Source: Yuukianura sp. NJ FZ-2021
Lineage: Eukaryota
Assembly: GCA_046563655.1 (NCBI GenBank)
Contig: CM102286.1
Coordinates: 4,836,001 to 4,900,000, forward strand
Direction: 5' to 3'
Length of the DNA: 64,000 nucleotides
Positions 37,239-50,739 of this stretch are shown in pieces. Position 1 is the first letter of the stretch. Each line of letters starts with the position of its first letter. The notes under the pieces were generated by a model. That model saw nothing but the letters and a program-made list of their open reading frames with translations, had not been told where the DNA came from and ran no database searches. The translations under genes were made by a program, and so were the position numbers.

Positions 37239-40200
37239 CTGCCTTGGCCAACTCTGCCAGAGTCTTTGTATCCATCCTAAGGTCGGGGAATGCTTGCGAT
37301 GAGAATGATGGGGAAATCTTGCCTTAGTATGTGCTAGCTGCCTGGGCTAGCACTAGCTATCATCGGTTCATAGGGGGCTAACCTTACTTAGGAACGAGGA
37401 ATATTTGGCAGTCGTAGTGGGAAGAAGAGAGAGTTGATGTTTTTTGGGCTTCTACTACTTCGAAGCTTCTATGTCTCACAAAATGTTAGGTTTGGACGCG
37501 TGCGTCTCTCTCAATCTGTCTTAGCACGAAATACTTCCCCTTTTGTTCTTTTTGCCAGAAGATACTGTTATTATTATGATGGCCTATTGTCATACCCTGG
37601 TCTAATGGAATAAGTCAATCCTCCTCACTCACTTGCCCTAAATGGAAGGCAGAAGCTCAAGAGGGGACCACTTGTAACGTAATAGTCACCTTGGACATTG
37701 TAGCCCTTGCAGGCACAACAATTACCATCAATCTGTCACTCAGTCGAGGTCATCCGGGGTCATGGAGTCCAGGAACTCAATCAGTTGTCATTGACCTCTC
37801 CGATGCCAAAACCTCCAAAATTAGCTAACTTGACTTTTCCTCGTTTTCCCCCACTTGAATGTATCCAGGTCAACCGCAGGTTGGACCTAGCTAGGTCAAA
37901 CGTCTCTGGACCTACTTTGGTCCAGACGAGCTTTGCTTGGGTTAAAGCCCTGAAAAATAGGTAGAACGCCGTTTGAAAATAATTTCATGATGATAAACTT
38001 CCTTTGTGATGAAAAAATGCAGGATTTCCTTGAAAGCTGAGCTAGGGCTTGGAGCTTTGGCATGGCTGACTGGTCTGGGAAGGCAAAAAAGAGGCAGAGG
38101 CACTCACAAAATAAACGTAAATGGATACATTTATGAGGAAGTAGAGGAGACCAACGGAATCGGCATAGGGAACTGTGGCACATAGAACATTTCAAACGCA
38201 ACAACACAAAAAAATCAACAGGAAAAAAAATTCTTTTTCGTGGCTCGACGAAAAGTTCAATGGACAGGAATTGAGAGCTTGGAGAGGGTTAAAATCTGTG
38301 TACTAAAAAGAAAAGGAATCTTTGAACGTCTCTTGCTATATATGGCATCTTCATCCTTTCGATATCTCCAAGGAACGAAAGTATCTGGAACTGTGTCAAC
38401 TTATTACTCTGTCAGTCGCCTGATAAATGCACTTATGACTTATGCCTTTTGGAGTAGGAAAAATAAAGTTTTTCCGGAGGATGGATCAGCCGCCTACGCT
38501 GGGTTTTCGGAGAAAGCAGGAGAAAGTGTGCTGGAGGCATTGGAACCATGAGGTCATTTCGCGGTATTTTCCGGCTCCTGTTGACTAAGAAATAGTGCTA
38601 AAGTTACTTTCTCCAGAAAACCTACAGAAGCAAACACTGCCAACAAAAAGTTATGACTTTTTCATATTTTGATATTTCCGCCAGTTTCTTTTTTTGTTGA
38701 AGCTCAAAATTCTAGTTTTTGAAAAGTGATTTCAACGATATTGAATTTGCGTCACCCTGCTCATCGCTTAGTGGAATTCACAGTTTGTGTAAAAAAATTA
38801 TCCAATAAAAACGCTCAATTACCATAGAAAACCATAATCCCCACGATTTTATGCAAAATTTCCCAAAATTTTACGATTTACGGTATTTTTGTTTTCAATC
38901 TGAAAATCTTCTGATTTATTAAATCGCCTTTTCCCCTCTTTCTTTTGTTTTCTTCTCTATTTTTGTCTTTAAAAGTGTTTTGTAAATGTGCTTCTTTCAA
39001 GTCATGTTTTCACCTCATTGTTTCCACGACTTTGGCGCCTTTGACCCAAACGCTAGTAAGGAATGTAATGAATTTGGAATGAGATCTGTAGCGCTGCTGT
39101 TGTTCGGATGGGTCTACAATCATGATTTGTTTTTGTACTACGTGTCCCACCCAATTGAAAGGAGAGATACCGGGTAACCTTATAGACGAACCGCATTGGC
39201 GTGTTTGCTGGATCTTGGGAAATGGAACTGCAGAGCGTTGTAGAAGGCCGTAGAATGGAAAATAGAGGGGGAGGGGAGCGTTGACTGGAAGAGCAGATTG
39301 GGAGACAAACTTCCTTGGAACGTCTGTTTGATTCTGGCCAAAGTAAGAGAAAGTTTAGCTTTCTCCAGTCCCCCTGCCCCCTCCAAGTCCCCCTGAGCCC
39401 ACCAAAGGAAAAGACCCTCAAAAGAGCACATCCAAAAGAGATCAATAAGTGGAGAAAGCACTTTCGCTTTCTTTTGGTCCGAATTCCTCCGACTCACTCT
39501 CGCTTCCTGGACGATCAAATCACCCGCACTCAAGACTTAACTTCCTCAACAGCAGCACAAACACAGAGATCAAATCTCGACGCAACCACTACCACCCTTA
39601 GACTTATGAAATCATTTATGGATCATCTCATAATCCACACTTCCACTACAACATCATCATCACTTTCAATCCCATCCGGAGCCAAGCCACATCTATTCTT
39701 AATAATCAACTCTTACCACCACAAATCAACGTGTCAATTAAACAAAAGGCAACACGACACACTTTGATGTAAAAAATTTACTTTGATTTGGAAGTTAAGT
39801 GCTTACAGGTGACAGGAAGTGGTTAAACTTTAATTAGTTGAAATTAAAACACAACTATCAACTTTTACTTAATTTGTCTAACTTATGGTTGCTATTGTAC
39901 AATATCTGCCAGATCTACCATGTATAGTGCGGTACACGGCATTGGAGCATGAATTTATGAATATTTTTTCTCATGAATTGGAAATTAAGAACAAATTATT
40001 TTCTAAATTTTGAAAATTGCTTTTTAAAACTAAAAATTAATATTGGATCTAAAACTTGTACTTTTTGAGTATTAAACATCAGTAAAATTAGAAATTCTTC
40101 ACGCATAGGATGTGTCACCTTGTTCAAACATGTTGGTAGGTGGTAATCTACTTGTACAACTTTAATTCATTGACGTCAAAGTACTTGTAAGAACAGGTGA

Positions 40201-42489
40201 AGTTGATGTGGTTATAAAACGATGCGCACTTTTCGAAGAATTAACTGAAATTTCCATTGGTACTGGACGTACTAAACTGACCTTCGCTTTTTTGAATGCC
40301 AAATTGTATTACTTTGTATTGTTGTAACAAAAAAACGAAATTACTGTATTAAATTAAAGCAATTGTTTTGTTGTTAAACAATTAACAAAAAACATAACTT
40401 TGCAATTTCATTGTTAAGTTTTGTGCATTTGAAGAGGCGGAACGTTCTGGACCTTTCCAACACGAATCACATCGTGACAGATTGCATTTTATAAGTGAGA
40501 ATTTCCACTTTTGATAAGTCTGAGCACTTCTAAAGCGCTGTTTGATGATTTCATGTCATATATTGGCGTTCCCTTCAACTGTACAATTTGGCTTAGAGAC
40601 TATTATCTTATCTTTTAGTATAACTAAAATTACTCGCAACGTTTTGTTCAAGATTTTGTCCACGAATGCTTCTATCAAGTTCAGATGGCATGACAAAAAC
40701 TCTGAGTTTCCAAAATTCTTTAAATTTTTTGAAAAATTCGTCTTATAACACGTGCTGCAGCAAATTTTTAAATTGAAATTCTGAATTGTTTCGGTTTTAT
40801 TTCCATTTTTTAAATTGCAACTTTTATACAGAAAACAACGAGAACGTGATAACGAAACTTAGGTTAGGTTCTACCTAAAACTGTGGAAATTTTCAAAATT
40901 GCGGTTCTCTTAACTATCAAATTGTAAACTTTAGCTGCAATTTAACGATGTAATAAATTCAGAACTCACATTTCATTTGATCGATAATATGGTACTAGCT
41001 TTAGTTACTTTAGCACATTGGGTAGCTAAATTTCCCATTTTTTCTATATTCAATTTTTTACACAAATTTCTGCAAAATTTCTCATTGTGAATTGAAGTAT
41101 CGGCCTAGTTTCCCTTGTGATTTACTTTTATGAAGTTTTACATTAACTCCTACATACAAGTTCACAACACCCGCCTGGTTTGATCTTGACAAAGACTTTG
41201 ACTTGACCTAAATTACCCTTCCTAACTCAAACTCAAACCCCCAGAGCCAAAAACGGATTTTCAGCTTCAAATTTCCCATCGTAAAAATAACATTCCCAAG
41301 TCCATGTCCATTGTTTGCGGAAAGCTTGGCTAGAAGTGTATCAGTTCTAGTCGGTGAACAAACAGAGTCAACATATTTACTTGTGCAGTAGAGAACGTTG
41401 ATCCGATGACGCATGACAATTAAACGTCGTAAATTTTTACATTGTTTTCATTTTCATTGCGTTTTCACACAGATTTGTAGTGCCTTTTATTTAGTTTTCG
41501 GTATAATACTTGATAGAGTTGAACTACCTTCAGTAAACTAGGGCGTACCGTTATCAATTTAACCTTTCATTAGCAATTGCAATTAATGTTGTTCAAGAGA
41601 AGCTTTTTTATGGTTCATTTGATGCTAAAGTCCTTCATACCCCATAATCACGGTGCCGCTTTGCTTACAAAGAACTTTTTTGGTTCTGAAATTTTAAATT
41701 TTGGTTAACATTGCGTTATCCTACTGAAGGCTGAAGTTCGCGAGAAAAAAGTCAACCGAGTGATTGTCAGTTCCTGGAATGATGATGGTGTTCGTCATTG
41801 AATTCATTTCATCTTTCATAACATTATGCTAAGCTGCTTGCTTACGACGCCTAAGTTATTGTCTTTGAACTTTCAGTTTGGGTTTAACACAAATATCAGT
41901 TAAGTTTTGCAAAAACAATGTCAATGTGCTGCAAAATATTTTCCTACATCTCTAAAAAAGTTTATTAATATGTTTTATTTAGTCCTGTTTTCACATTCCC
42001 GAAGAATTCATAAGATTTTGAAAAGTACCTACCTATAGTAATTCTTATGGCGAATGCCAATAGAATTCTTACTATTGTTCTTGAATTCTTTCGTGTTCCA
42101 AATTAAGCTTTCTTCACACCATGAGCGTCGTGTCAATTTTAAAACTTGACTTGCACAGTCCTCTACTGGCAGAAAACGACGATGACCAAATCTCTAAGCG
42201 TCCAATTCTGCTTTCTCCAAATTATTACAAGAGTGAGCTAAGGGTTAATGTGAAAGTAACTAACAAGAAGGAAAGTTATTGTTTTGTCGTATTATTTCAA
42301 ATTAATGCAAATTATATAAAATTATTTACGTCTAGTGGAGGCGTTCAGTTTATTACAAAAATTATTTTTTCGTCCTTTGAATTGATCGAAATGTGTCTCA
42401 ATGTTTGACAAAAGTCAGTGATTACGTAAATAAATGTGAAAAGCAGTCTTTGATTAAGTAATTTTGTCTTTACAAGTTAATTACTTGTT

Positions 42490-45400
42490 TTAAAAAACAT
42501 AACGTTCTGTTCCGGCTTCCATCAAGCGTTCCATCCGTTCCAGTTCCATTGTCAACGCATTTCGGATTTTACTGAAGACGATGGCAGCTCCATCTGTCAT
42601 GTACTGGTCATCTACTTCTGTCAATGCTTTGATGTCTTCCGGAGTTGGAACCTCCGCTTTGCAAACATTCGCAGCATCTCCACTGCCAATTTCAGTTCCT
42701 TCGGTAGCAACATTGGGACCAAGTTCCGACGTGCATTTTTCTATTAACTCCGACACAACTATGAGCGCAATAAAAAAAAACTCGAAGCAATCATAAAAAT
42801 TGACCCAAAATTTTGGAGTAAACTTTAAAAATGCTTTAAACGTACGAATCTCAGCTTCAGCAGGCTTCACTGTATTGTCACCGCTGGAATCTCCTACAGT
42901 ATCCAATTTGGCGTTAGCTTCAACTGGTTTGGCAGCATCATGATTCTGTATAATTTGAAGTAGACGAGAAGGTTTGTCTTTGCATGCAACAGACTTGGAA
43001 CGAGGGGCCAGTGGAGGACGTTTCCTTGGTGCGTTGCCTTTTGCCCAATCAAAAATTTCTTGAGCGTCGATATTGCCCGCCTTAAAATTTCAGTCAAAAT
43101 TTTAATTTGTTATTAGATTGCTTTAAAACCAATTTTTTGTTGAACACCTAACCTGCTTTTTCTTAATGAGTAATTGCTCCGCTTCAATTTGCTTTCTCAT
43201 TTTTTCTTGGTACTCCTCAATACTTTTCTCCAGTTTCTCTTCGTCCTTTGCTTCTTTAAGTCGCTCCGCCTCCGTTTGCCGCTGCTTTTCACTAATTTGT
43301 TTCTTTAGAGCCGCTTGGTAGGCTGCTTTTTTGAACTCCTCATCCGCAAGTTGGTCAGATTCCTACATAAATCGTAAGCATGATAATATGTAATACAGCA
43401 TGCGCGTTGTGTTACGTCGTAGCTGAGTTACTTTAACCAAAATGTTGACCAAGGGCTCCGAATGTACCTGCCAGATATGCTGGCGCATTGCTGCATCATT
43501 TGCTTCGTCTTGTAAATATTCGACGGAGGGGTGCGCGTCATGTCGTTTTGTCGAAAGTGAGTGTTCGGACTTGTGTCGCGACTGAAAGCGTTCTTTTTGA
43601 AACTGCAGGTCAAGCGATGAGTTTGACCGTGGAAGTGCTGGAGAAGACGCTACAAAAACAGAGAAAGTAAGCGTAAGCCGACGTTGTTGTTCATGTTTTT
43701 TTATTACATTCAAGTTACACTTTATTTTTGAGTAGCTTACAATGATAATAATTTGATGCAGGATTATGAGCAACTGGAGGAAATGGCGGGTTTGGTGGGT
43801 ACATGGGTTGCGGCTGGTACTGCATTGGTTGAAATTGTTGTGGTGGCATTTGAGGTGGCGGGTACATTTGAAATGGCATTTGTGGAGGTGGCGGTTGCGC
43901 AGGATACGAATAGCCATAAGGAAATCCTGGTTGCGGTGGTACGTAGTACGAACCTGGCGGTAAACAATTTTGCTGTTGCGGAGCCCGTGGAGGTCGAGCA
44001 GCAAGGTACGACGAGATCTGAATATTCTCCGCTGATGGCTGCGGACGCACCGGAAGCTGACTTGAGTGGCTTGGTCTCTGGGCATGCGTCATTTGCGATT
44101 CATGTACGCTTGCGTCTGGTTTAGTATCCAACCATGGTGACGACATTGAGGCTGTTCCAATATTGGGTTTACGAAACTCTGCTGCTGGTTTGTAGGAAGA
44201 ACTTGAAAGTCTCGGTTCAATTTTCTGATCATTGGAATTCGAATCTTCTTTCCGCGTGGTATAAGTTGAATTGTATGGTTCTAGAATAAAAATGAAATAT
44301 TTCCGTTTCTCTAGCAATACTGAAAAAAATCCGATTAGATTCATGAACGTACTGGGTCCTTTGGCGCTGGATCTTGGTTCGTCCATGGACAACGTGTAGA
44401 TTGAATGGGAATTGTATCCAGATCCCAAAGGATGTTCTTGCCCTTCACGTTCGTTTTTCAATTCATCCTCCCGCTTTTTGCGGCTTTGTTCCATTTGCGT
44501 CTCCAACTCTTTTCGATAACGCTCTTGCTTAGCTTTTCTCACCGACATGGTGTCAGAACCTACGTTACGAACACAACATGTTATCTAACGTGTTATTTAC
44601 CTCACCAGAATGTAAAAACCCAATCGACTAAACACCTTAGTCAATATATTCTAAACCAAAACTTTCGAAATGTAGCATAACTTTTACTTTTTAATGTCAG
44701 CCTACACTGTTAAAATTCAATTCAACTACTTTTCACATTTTTTTCTTACCAGCTCCAGGCGTACTGGGGTTGACCCACTTGTCTCCACTCGGATGTCGAT
44801 AAATTCCAGCGATTTTATTGCTGTTTCCATACAGAATGTCTTGAGCCGCTCCAACTTCTTGGCGTGTTTTCCCAATGGCAGCTTGAGCTCTAGCGACCGG
44901 AGATGGAAGTCTCTGCTGTGGTTCATTTTCGTAAGCTCCGCCGCGGTAAGTCGTGGAAGACTGTGAATTTCTAAGACCGTGGAAACCACCACCTGTGAAT
45001 CTAATTTAAACGTGTGAATTAAGTTTCCTTGAATGAATTTTCCTTAGAAAGTGACTACAAATGGAAACTGTTTGTGTTAGTATAAGATGTTTGTGGTGAA
45101 TTACTCTCTGGATTTGTATCCTGGCAGGATCCCAATGTTCGTATCTGATGCCAAGGAACTGACCAACTTCTCCTTCATTTCCTCTCGAGTTGGTGTCAAT
45201 TTGGTTTTGACAGCTTGAGCAATTGAACTACTCAGCCGCCCAAGAGGTTCCCCGGTATCGAACATATACGAAGTGCTACGTGACTTGAGCGATCCGGATC
45301 CAGAATTCCCAACTCCATTTGGACCCGTCGATTCCGGATTTCGCCACTGGAATAAAATATTTTACATTTGTAAACAGAGTTCAGAGGATTCTATTTCCCT

Positions 45401-46778
45401 TAAAACATTCTAGTTAAAATTGTTTTTCAAAATTTCAGTTTAAGTTATGCATTTCAATAAGCTGGAAACTTTTGTGTCAAGCCATAAGCCTTGCCTGACA
45501 GCCACATCAAAACTAATTAAGGCTGTTGACGCAAGTGCGGGAGAAAGTTAAGTTAAGTGGATAGGAGCATATTCACAAGGAAGTTGTTTTCACCCGTTGT
45601 TGACTACTGTAGCACATTGTATTTATTTGTCAATAGATCTTTCTCTTTGTTGTTCCTGGAGAAAGTTTGAATTCAGAGGAAAAGTTTGAATTGAAACTGA
45701 TACGAGAAGCTGAGAAGTCGTGCTGAGACGTCTCCCGCCCAAACTTTTTGTTTCTTCTAAACTTTTGTCATCATCATAAAATGGGGAAAGTAAATAAAGA
45801 AAAGTTCCAGCCTAAATATCCTAGCGAAGAAGAAACATTGAATTTTCCTCCTTAGAGTTCTGTAATCAATGAGATCCCATCTGGATACACTAAGGGATAA
45901 GACTTTGGTGATGTTCTGGAAGTGAATTGAATAGGGATTGACTTTCTGAGCTCTGTACTACTTATGGTAGTAAAGTGAAAGCAAAGAAACTGCGTTGAAG
46001 TGAAAATGAGTGCTTCAAAGAGCAGCGGGAGGTTTTGAAAAGCGGATATTTTGGAGTAAGTTCTACTAAATTGCCTCATTAGTCCTTTAATGTCGATCTG
46101 TGAAACGGTCGATTAGTATCATCCCATCTCTCATTAGTTTCCTTCCATAATTCTACAAAAAGGCTAGAATTTCGAAAAAGAAAGTATTTTTTCCAACTTT
46201 CTCTCACATTTCAGCCTTTTCCTCAATATTTCTTCTCTAAGATCTTTCAGATTCAGAAAATGGGATTAGGCTTTTCTAAATCAGTCATCTAAAACGCTAT
46301 TTCTACTGGTTTTGAAACATATCCATCCATATGACTTCAGCACACAATCTAACCTAGTACAGAGCATTTTATAAAAAATTCAAAAACTACAGTGTTTTAC
46401 CAAAAATTGCGGATTTTCTCTGTTTTAGATGCGTTTGTGCAAGTATTCTGTGTGTTTGTGCTACTTTCTTCCTGTTTGTAGATTACCTCTCTTTGTAATG
46501 GAGAATGGGAGGTTGCATTATTGGCCAAGTTTGAAGAGAGAGTTCCTGGATGATTTAGAGATTTTCCTATTATGCCCGCCGAGGAGTTGGTGGGTCCATT
46601 AGAGAATTTGGAAGAATTCCACGACTGCGGGGCAGGCGAAGAAGATCCATAGTCCTTGAGAAAATTGAATAGTATAACAATGGAGAAAATAACATTAGAG
46701 GAAAAAGAAAATCTTGTGACTAAGGACCTGGTTTGATGATGAATACCGAGAAAGTTCTTCCATTGACATCTTACTCAT
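42490..46778 (-). CDS. CSPP1/CCDC66-like low-complexity and coiled-coil protein, about 778 aa
   Basis: Ten frame-consistent GT-AG exons: 46778-46728, 46654-46487, 45346-45105, 45000-44750, 44559-44353, 44280-43741, 43649-43468, 43362-43153, 43080-42846, 42740-42490 (2337 nt). Two charged helices, KQERYRKELETQMEQSRKKREDE and KAAYQAALKKQISEKQRQTEAERLKEAKDEEKLEKSIEEYQEKM, resemble the Y..L..QI.EK repeat of CSPP1/CCDC66; the middle is Pro/Gln/Tyr-rich. Family assignment is by motif recall only. A minus-strand AATAAA lies at 42354-42349. Confidence 0.7.
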
Positions 46779-49700
46779 TTTCAAAAGTTCTAGTTTTTTT
46801 CCCCTAACTTTGTGTATTAGATTATCAAATTACAAAAATATTTGGACTTACAGTACAGTGAACTCCCACCTAAACCAAGTAAACTTATACTACGCAAATC
46901 CTTGTCACTAGAATTAGCAAATCACATTTTCCTTTCTGACTCAAACTAAAATTCATAAAATAGTTTGTATTTTAGCTCATGATTTGTCTCCAAGGCAATG
47001 CTCATGTAAATTGTTCTTGAAAATGATGCCTGAATTAAATTTTTGTCTAAGAAGCATCAGATTTTTTTTTTGCAAATCCATTAGGGAAGATCTTTTGGTT
47101 CTTGTGTCATCGGGAATATTTTGCAGAGATTTGAATTTTCATATGTGAGTTGGATCACGATTCGATTGTGCGATTGACCAGCTTTCCTGAGAACCCAGTG
47201 AGAAACAAATGGTTAATTAAATACAGGATTTTAATTTTTAAATACTTAATTACCTCTTTACCAATTAAAATTCTGTCGCTTCGTGTTTCATATACAAATT
47301 AATATACTGAAATTATTTAAGTAAGACGTCGGAGTGAAACTTGAAGATGCATAAAATACAATTTCCTAAGGAATCTGTTCAAAATTAAAATACAGAAAAC
47401 ATTTGTTTAGGCCGCTTGGAAAATAAAATAAAATTTTTCCAAATTTTTATAAATCTATAGGTTATTATATTTATTTATATTTCCGTTTTAGTGTTCTAAA
47501 TTATTCTCCCTCATCACTAATTAAGCCTTAATTAACTTTATTTAGCTTTCTTAGCCTAATTAATTTTTACGAATCGCATAATCACTTAATTCCAATTACT
47601 CTTAATTAAAAACTGGAATCGGTGTAAAAATGCGTCGTTATACTCGTGCCTCGCTCAGCGACATAGTTTCTTAGTAATTTTTGTCCAGAAGTAGTTTACC
47701 AACTTTTGACCAAAATCCTTGAGAATTCTTAAATCTTTTGGGAATAATTAATTATGAAGTACAGCATACTCGTTAATTAGCCTGCAGTTGTCATTTTCGC
47801 CTTAATGGTTAGTCAAGCCGTTAGAATCTATTTAATGGTTACCTGCTGTTTGCAATTGATGAAGCACAATTAAGAAATTGTTGGCTGGACAGGTTTGCCA
47901 ATGCATACCATTTCATGCAGGATTTGCGACAAAGAAAACCTGTTCTCACTTTGATGGCGTCACGACGAAAGAACGTAGGAGGAATTCGTCACCCAGAGAT
48001 ACACAAACTCTTAGAACGAGCATGGATCCTGTTTAGAAAGTTAAAGTTGATGAATCCCGTCCAGAAAATCTTGTGACATTGACAACGTCCTTGGCTCTCG
48101 TTCCAGGAAGATCCAAGGAGACAGGAGCGGCGTAACCATGGTCTCCAGTCTCTAGTCTCCTATAAAAGCGCATCAGAGCTAGCAATGAAAGTGCTAACTC
48201 CATTTTCTGAAATAGGGAAGCCAAAGCGTCTTATTTCCCTCTGTTTATTCAGGAAATTACGTCCGGGAGCTATTCCTTCCATTTCCAAGACAAGTGAGCG
48301 AAGGAAAAGCCTATCTTACTCTGATTTGGAATACATTCCCATACTCACTCAAAAATTCATAAAGCATATATGAAGACAAGGCTTCCTGTTACTTACTTTT
48401 CCCAAAATTTCAATTTCATCCTTCCAGCTACTAGAGAATAGACAAAGGAAATTGGAGAAAAGTGAATCGAAACTTTGGTTTTTATCAAAAAATCTTGATT
48501 TTGGCAGAAATTATACTTTATTGACAAAAGAATTCTTTGAAAGAGGAATTTTATTTAAAGGAGCAACTTTTCTGTCTTTCTGTTTTCGGTTTTGGTACGG
48601 TTCCAAATTTTTTGGAAACGCATTCTAGTACAACTTTTTGTAAACATTTGTGCGATGATTTTTTGGGAAGTTTTATTTCGTTACGCATGTTTTGGTAAAA
48701 AATGCCTTCCGAATGACATTGATCCTGTCATGTTATTTGGTTCAAGACAAAATGGAGACAATGGGTGCAACATTGGACCCAGAGCCAAAATTAAGATCTG
48801 AATGAAAGGGAATCTCCGAAATATTTGGCTCCTTTCTTTATAAAGTGAGTAAGATCGTCTTCAATTCAAATTCCAGGGAGGGATCTTCGTCCTCACTCTG
48901 CTGGCATGTGGCATCAAGTTCATAGACCGATGAAACCGGGGGAACGTGCTCACATCTCCCGGGTTTCCTGTTTACGGACAGCAGAGATGCACGCATTGCT
49001 GCAAAAAATTGAAGGAATTCCATTACAGGATAATAAAAGCCATTTCTGGAGTTTAGGAGCTTCTTTTTTGGTTCGGTTGCTAGGCAGGCGCAAAGCCTCT
49101 CACACCCGGAAAACAAAAACCGAAATTCTTGACAGCTTAGAGTCCATTACCAAGTGCTTCCGGAGACTATCTTTCAAAAACTTTTGTTTTTTCAAAATTT
49201 TCTACACAAGATTGTTTTTGTTTATAAAAACTTCCGCAATATGATCTATTGTTTGTCGGTGTGATCAAAATTAATTTAAAAAAAATCAGAACTAAAGTAG
49301 CGAATATTGACGACCCTCTTGTGTCAATACGAGTAATTGACCTTTGACTTCCAATGACCCCGTATATTTAAGTTAACATTTGCCAGAGACTAAAAATAGC
49401 GGGAATAATAAACTTAGCTTTCAAATTTTGAAATTTTTGGAAAAATCTATTGAGTATTCCCAGTTTTGGGATAAAATGTTAGCAAATTCTAGGAAATGCA
49501 GTGTGTTAGATGGAATTGTTAGCTTAGGGTTTTGGTTTATGCAATTGAAATGTTTTGATTCAGAAGAGCAAAAAATATTTCCTTTTCCGTTTCTGTTTAG
49601 TGTTACAAGTTTTTTGCGAAAACTTGAAGCGGGTTACAGTAGCAGTGTTACAATCTCCGAAGAAAGTTTCTTCAGAATGGAACCTATAACGTCTATGCCT

Positions 49701-50470
49701 GTGGAGCTGGAACGGCAGCTTCTGCTCCGGCCTGAAAAGTTTTTGGTTCTGGTGAGTTTTTGTGGACTTGAAACCTCGTGTTTCGACAGAAGCTGTTTAG
49801 TACCTCTCCATCAGGCAAGCACGGCAGAGGTCTTGCAACCTCTGAAGGAATTGACAGGCGTCTTAAGCTTTTTTCTTACAATGGAACTCCAAGAAACTAA
49901 GGTTTCTCAAGTTCATTCTAAACTCCCGAAGCGTCTCATTGCCAACTGCCAAAGACTCTGCTGACTTCTCCTCTCCAGCCAGTGAACAACTCTAAAAGTG
50001 AGTCCTCAGGAGCAGCGGATCTTCAGACCAAAATAGAAAATTAATCATCTTAGGAGCATCTTTGTGTGAGCAAGAAGAGATTTGCAATGGTGCATTTTAG
50101 TGACTAAACGCTGAAATTACTTTGAAGTGTGCTTCGGATCCAAGTACCTTGCAAAATCTTGCCTTTTTTTAGAAACTCTGTTTAGGAAACTTCCGATTAA
50201 TCCACTTTATCTTAAATTCAAAAGCCATAAAAATATCAAAAGTGAAAAGTGAAAGTGCGAGTAGTTCAGATAATCTTTATTGAAAGTGCAGCTATAGAAC
50301 GGCTGTCAGACTGCTACAAAATATTAAGTAGGTAATGTTAAGTTCCGTAGTTCCAAACTTTTCCTAAGTGCCGCCACACTTTCAAGTTTCCGACGACTTA
50401 AGGGACGCCAACAGGAAAGTTTAAGCTCCTTAAGTGACACTTTCTCTTCTAACCGAACCTAACTTGAAAA

Positions 50471-50739
50471 ATGGAGGAAGGAAAAGTTGACATGGGGTCC
50501 AATCAAGATAGGATAATCGAAATGAAAGGTGACCTGGTAGTGGCACTGCCTGAAGATGCCATTGAAGAATTGGGAAGCGTCTTTGAGGAAAGTTTAGAAG
50601 AAAGTCTGGGGAACAATACTACTGTTGCGGAGAGGTCAAATCCAAGTCAACCTTTTCCAGATTTTGTAAACATTTCAATTTGGTGCCTCCCGCAGACTCA
50701 TCCAGTCCGATACGCCTGTCTCCGGATGATCACCAATCC
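50471..50739 (+). CDS. Ca-alpha1T: T-type voltage-gated calcium channel alpha-1 subunit, coding exon 1
   Basis: MEEGKVD...PFPDFVNISIWCLPQTHPVRYACLRMITNP matches the Cav3 pre-IS1 region. The exon ends in phase 2 (CC) just before a U12-type donor ATATCCTG. Confidence 0.88.

Noticed and set aside
43363..44124. Long overlapping ORFs (240 aa minus, 123 aa plus and others) over the Pro/Gln-rich exon
   Set aside because: These are shadow frames of low-complexity coding sequence joined through an intron.
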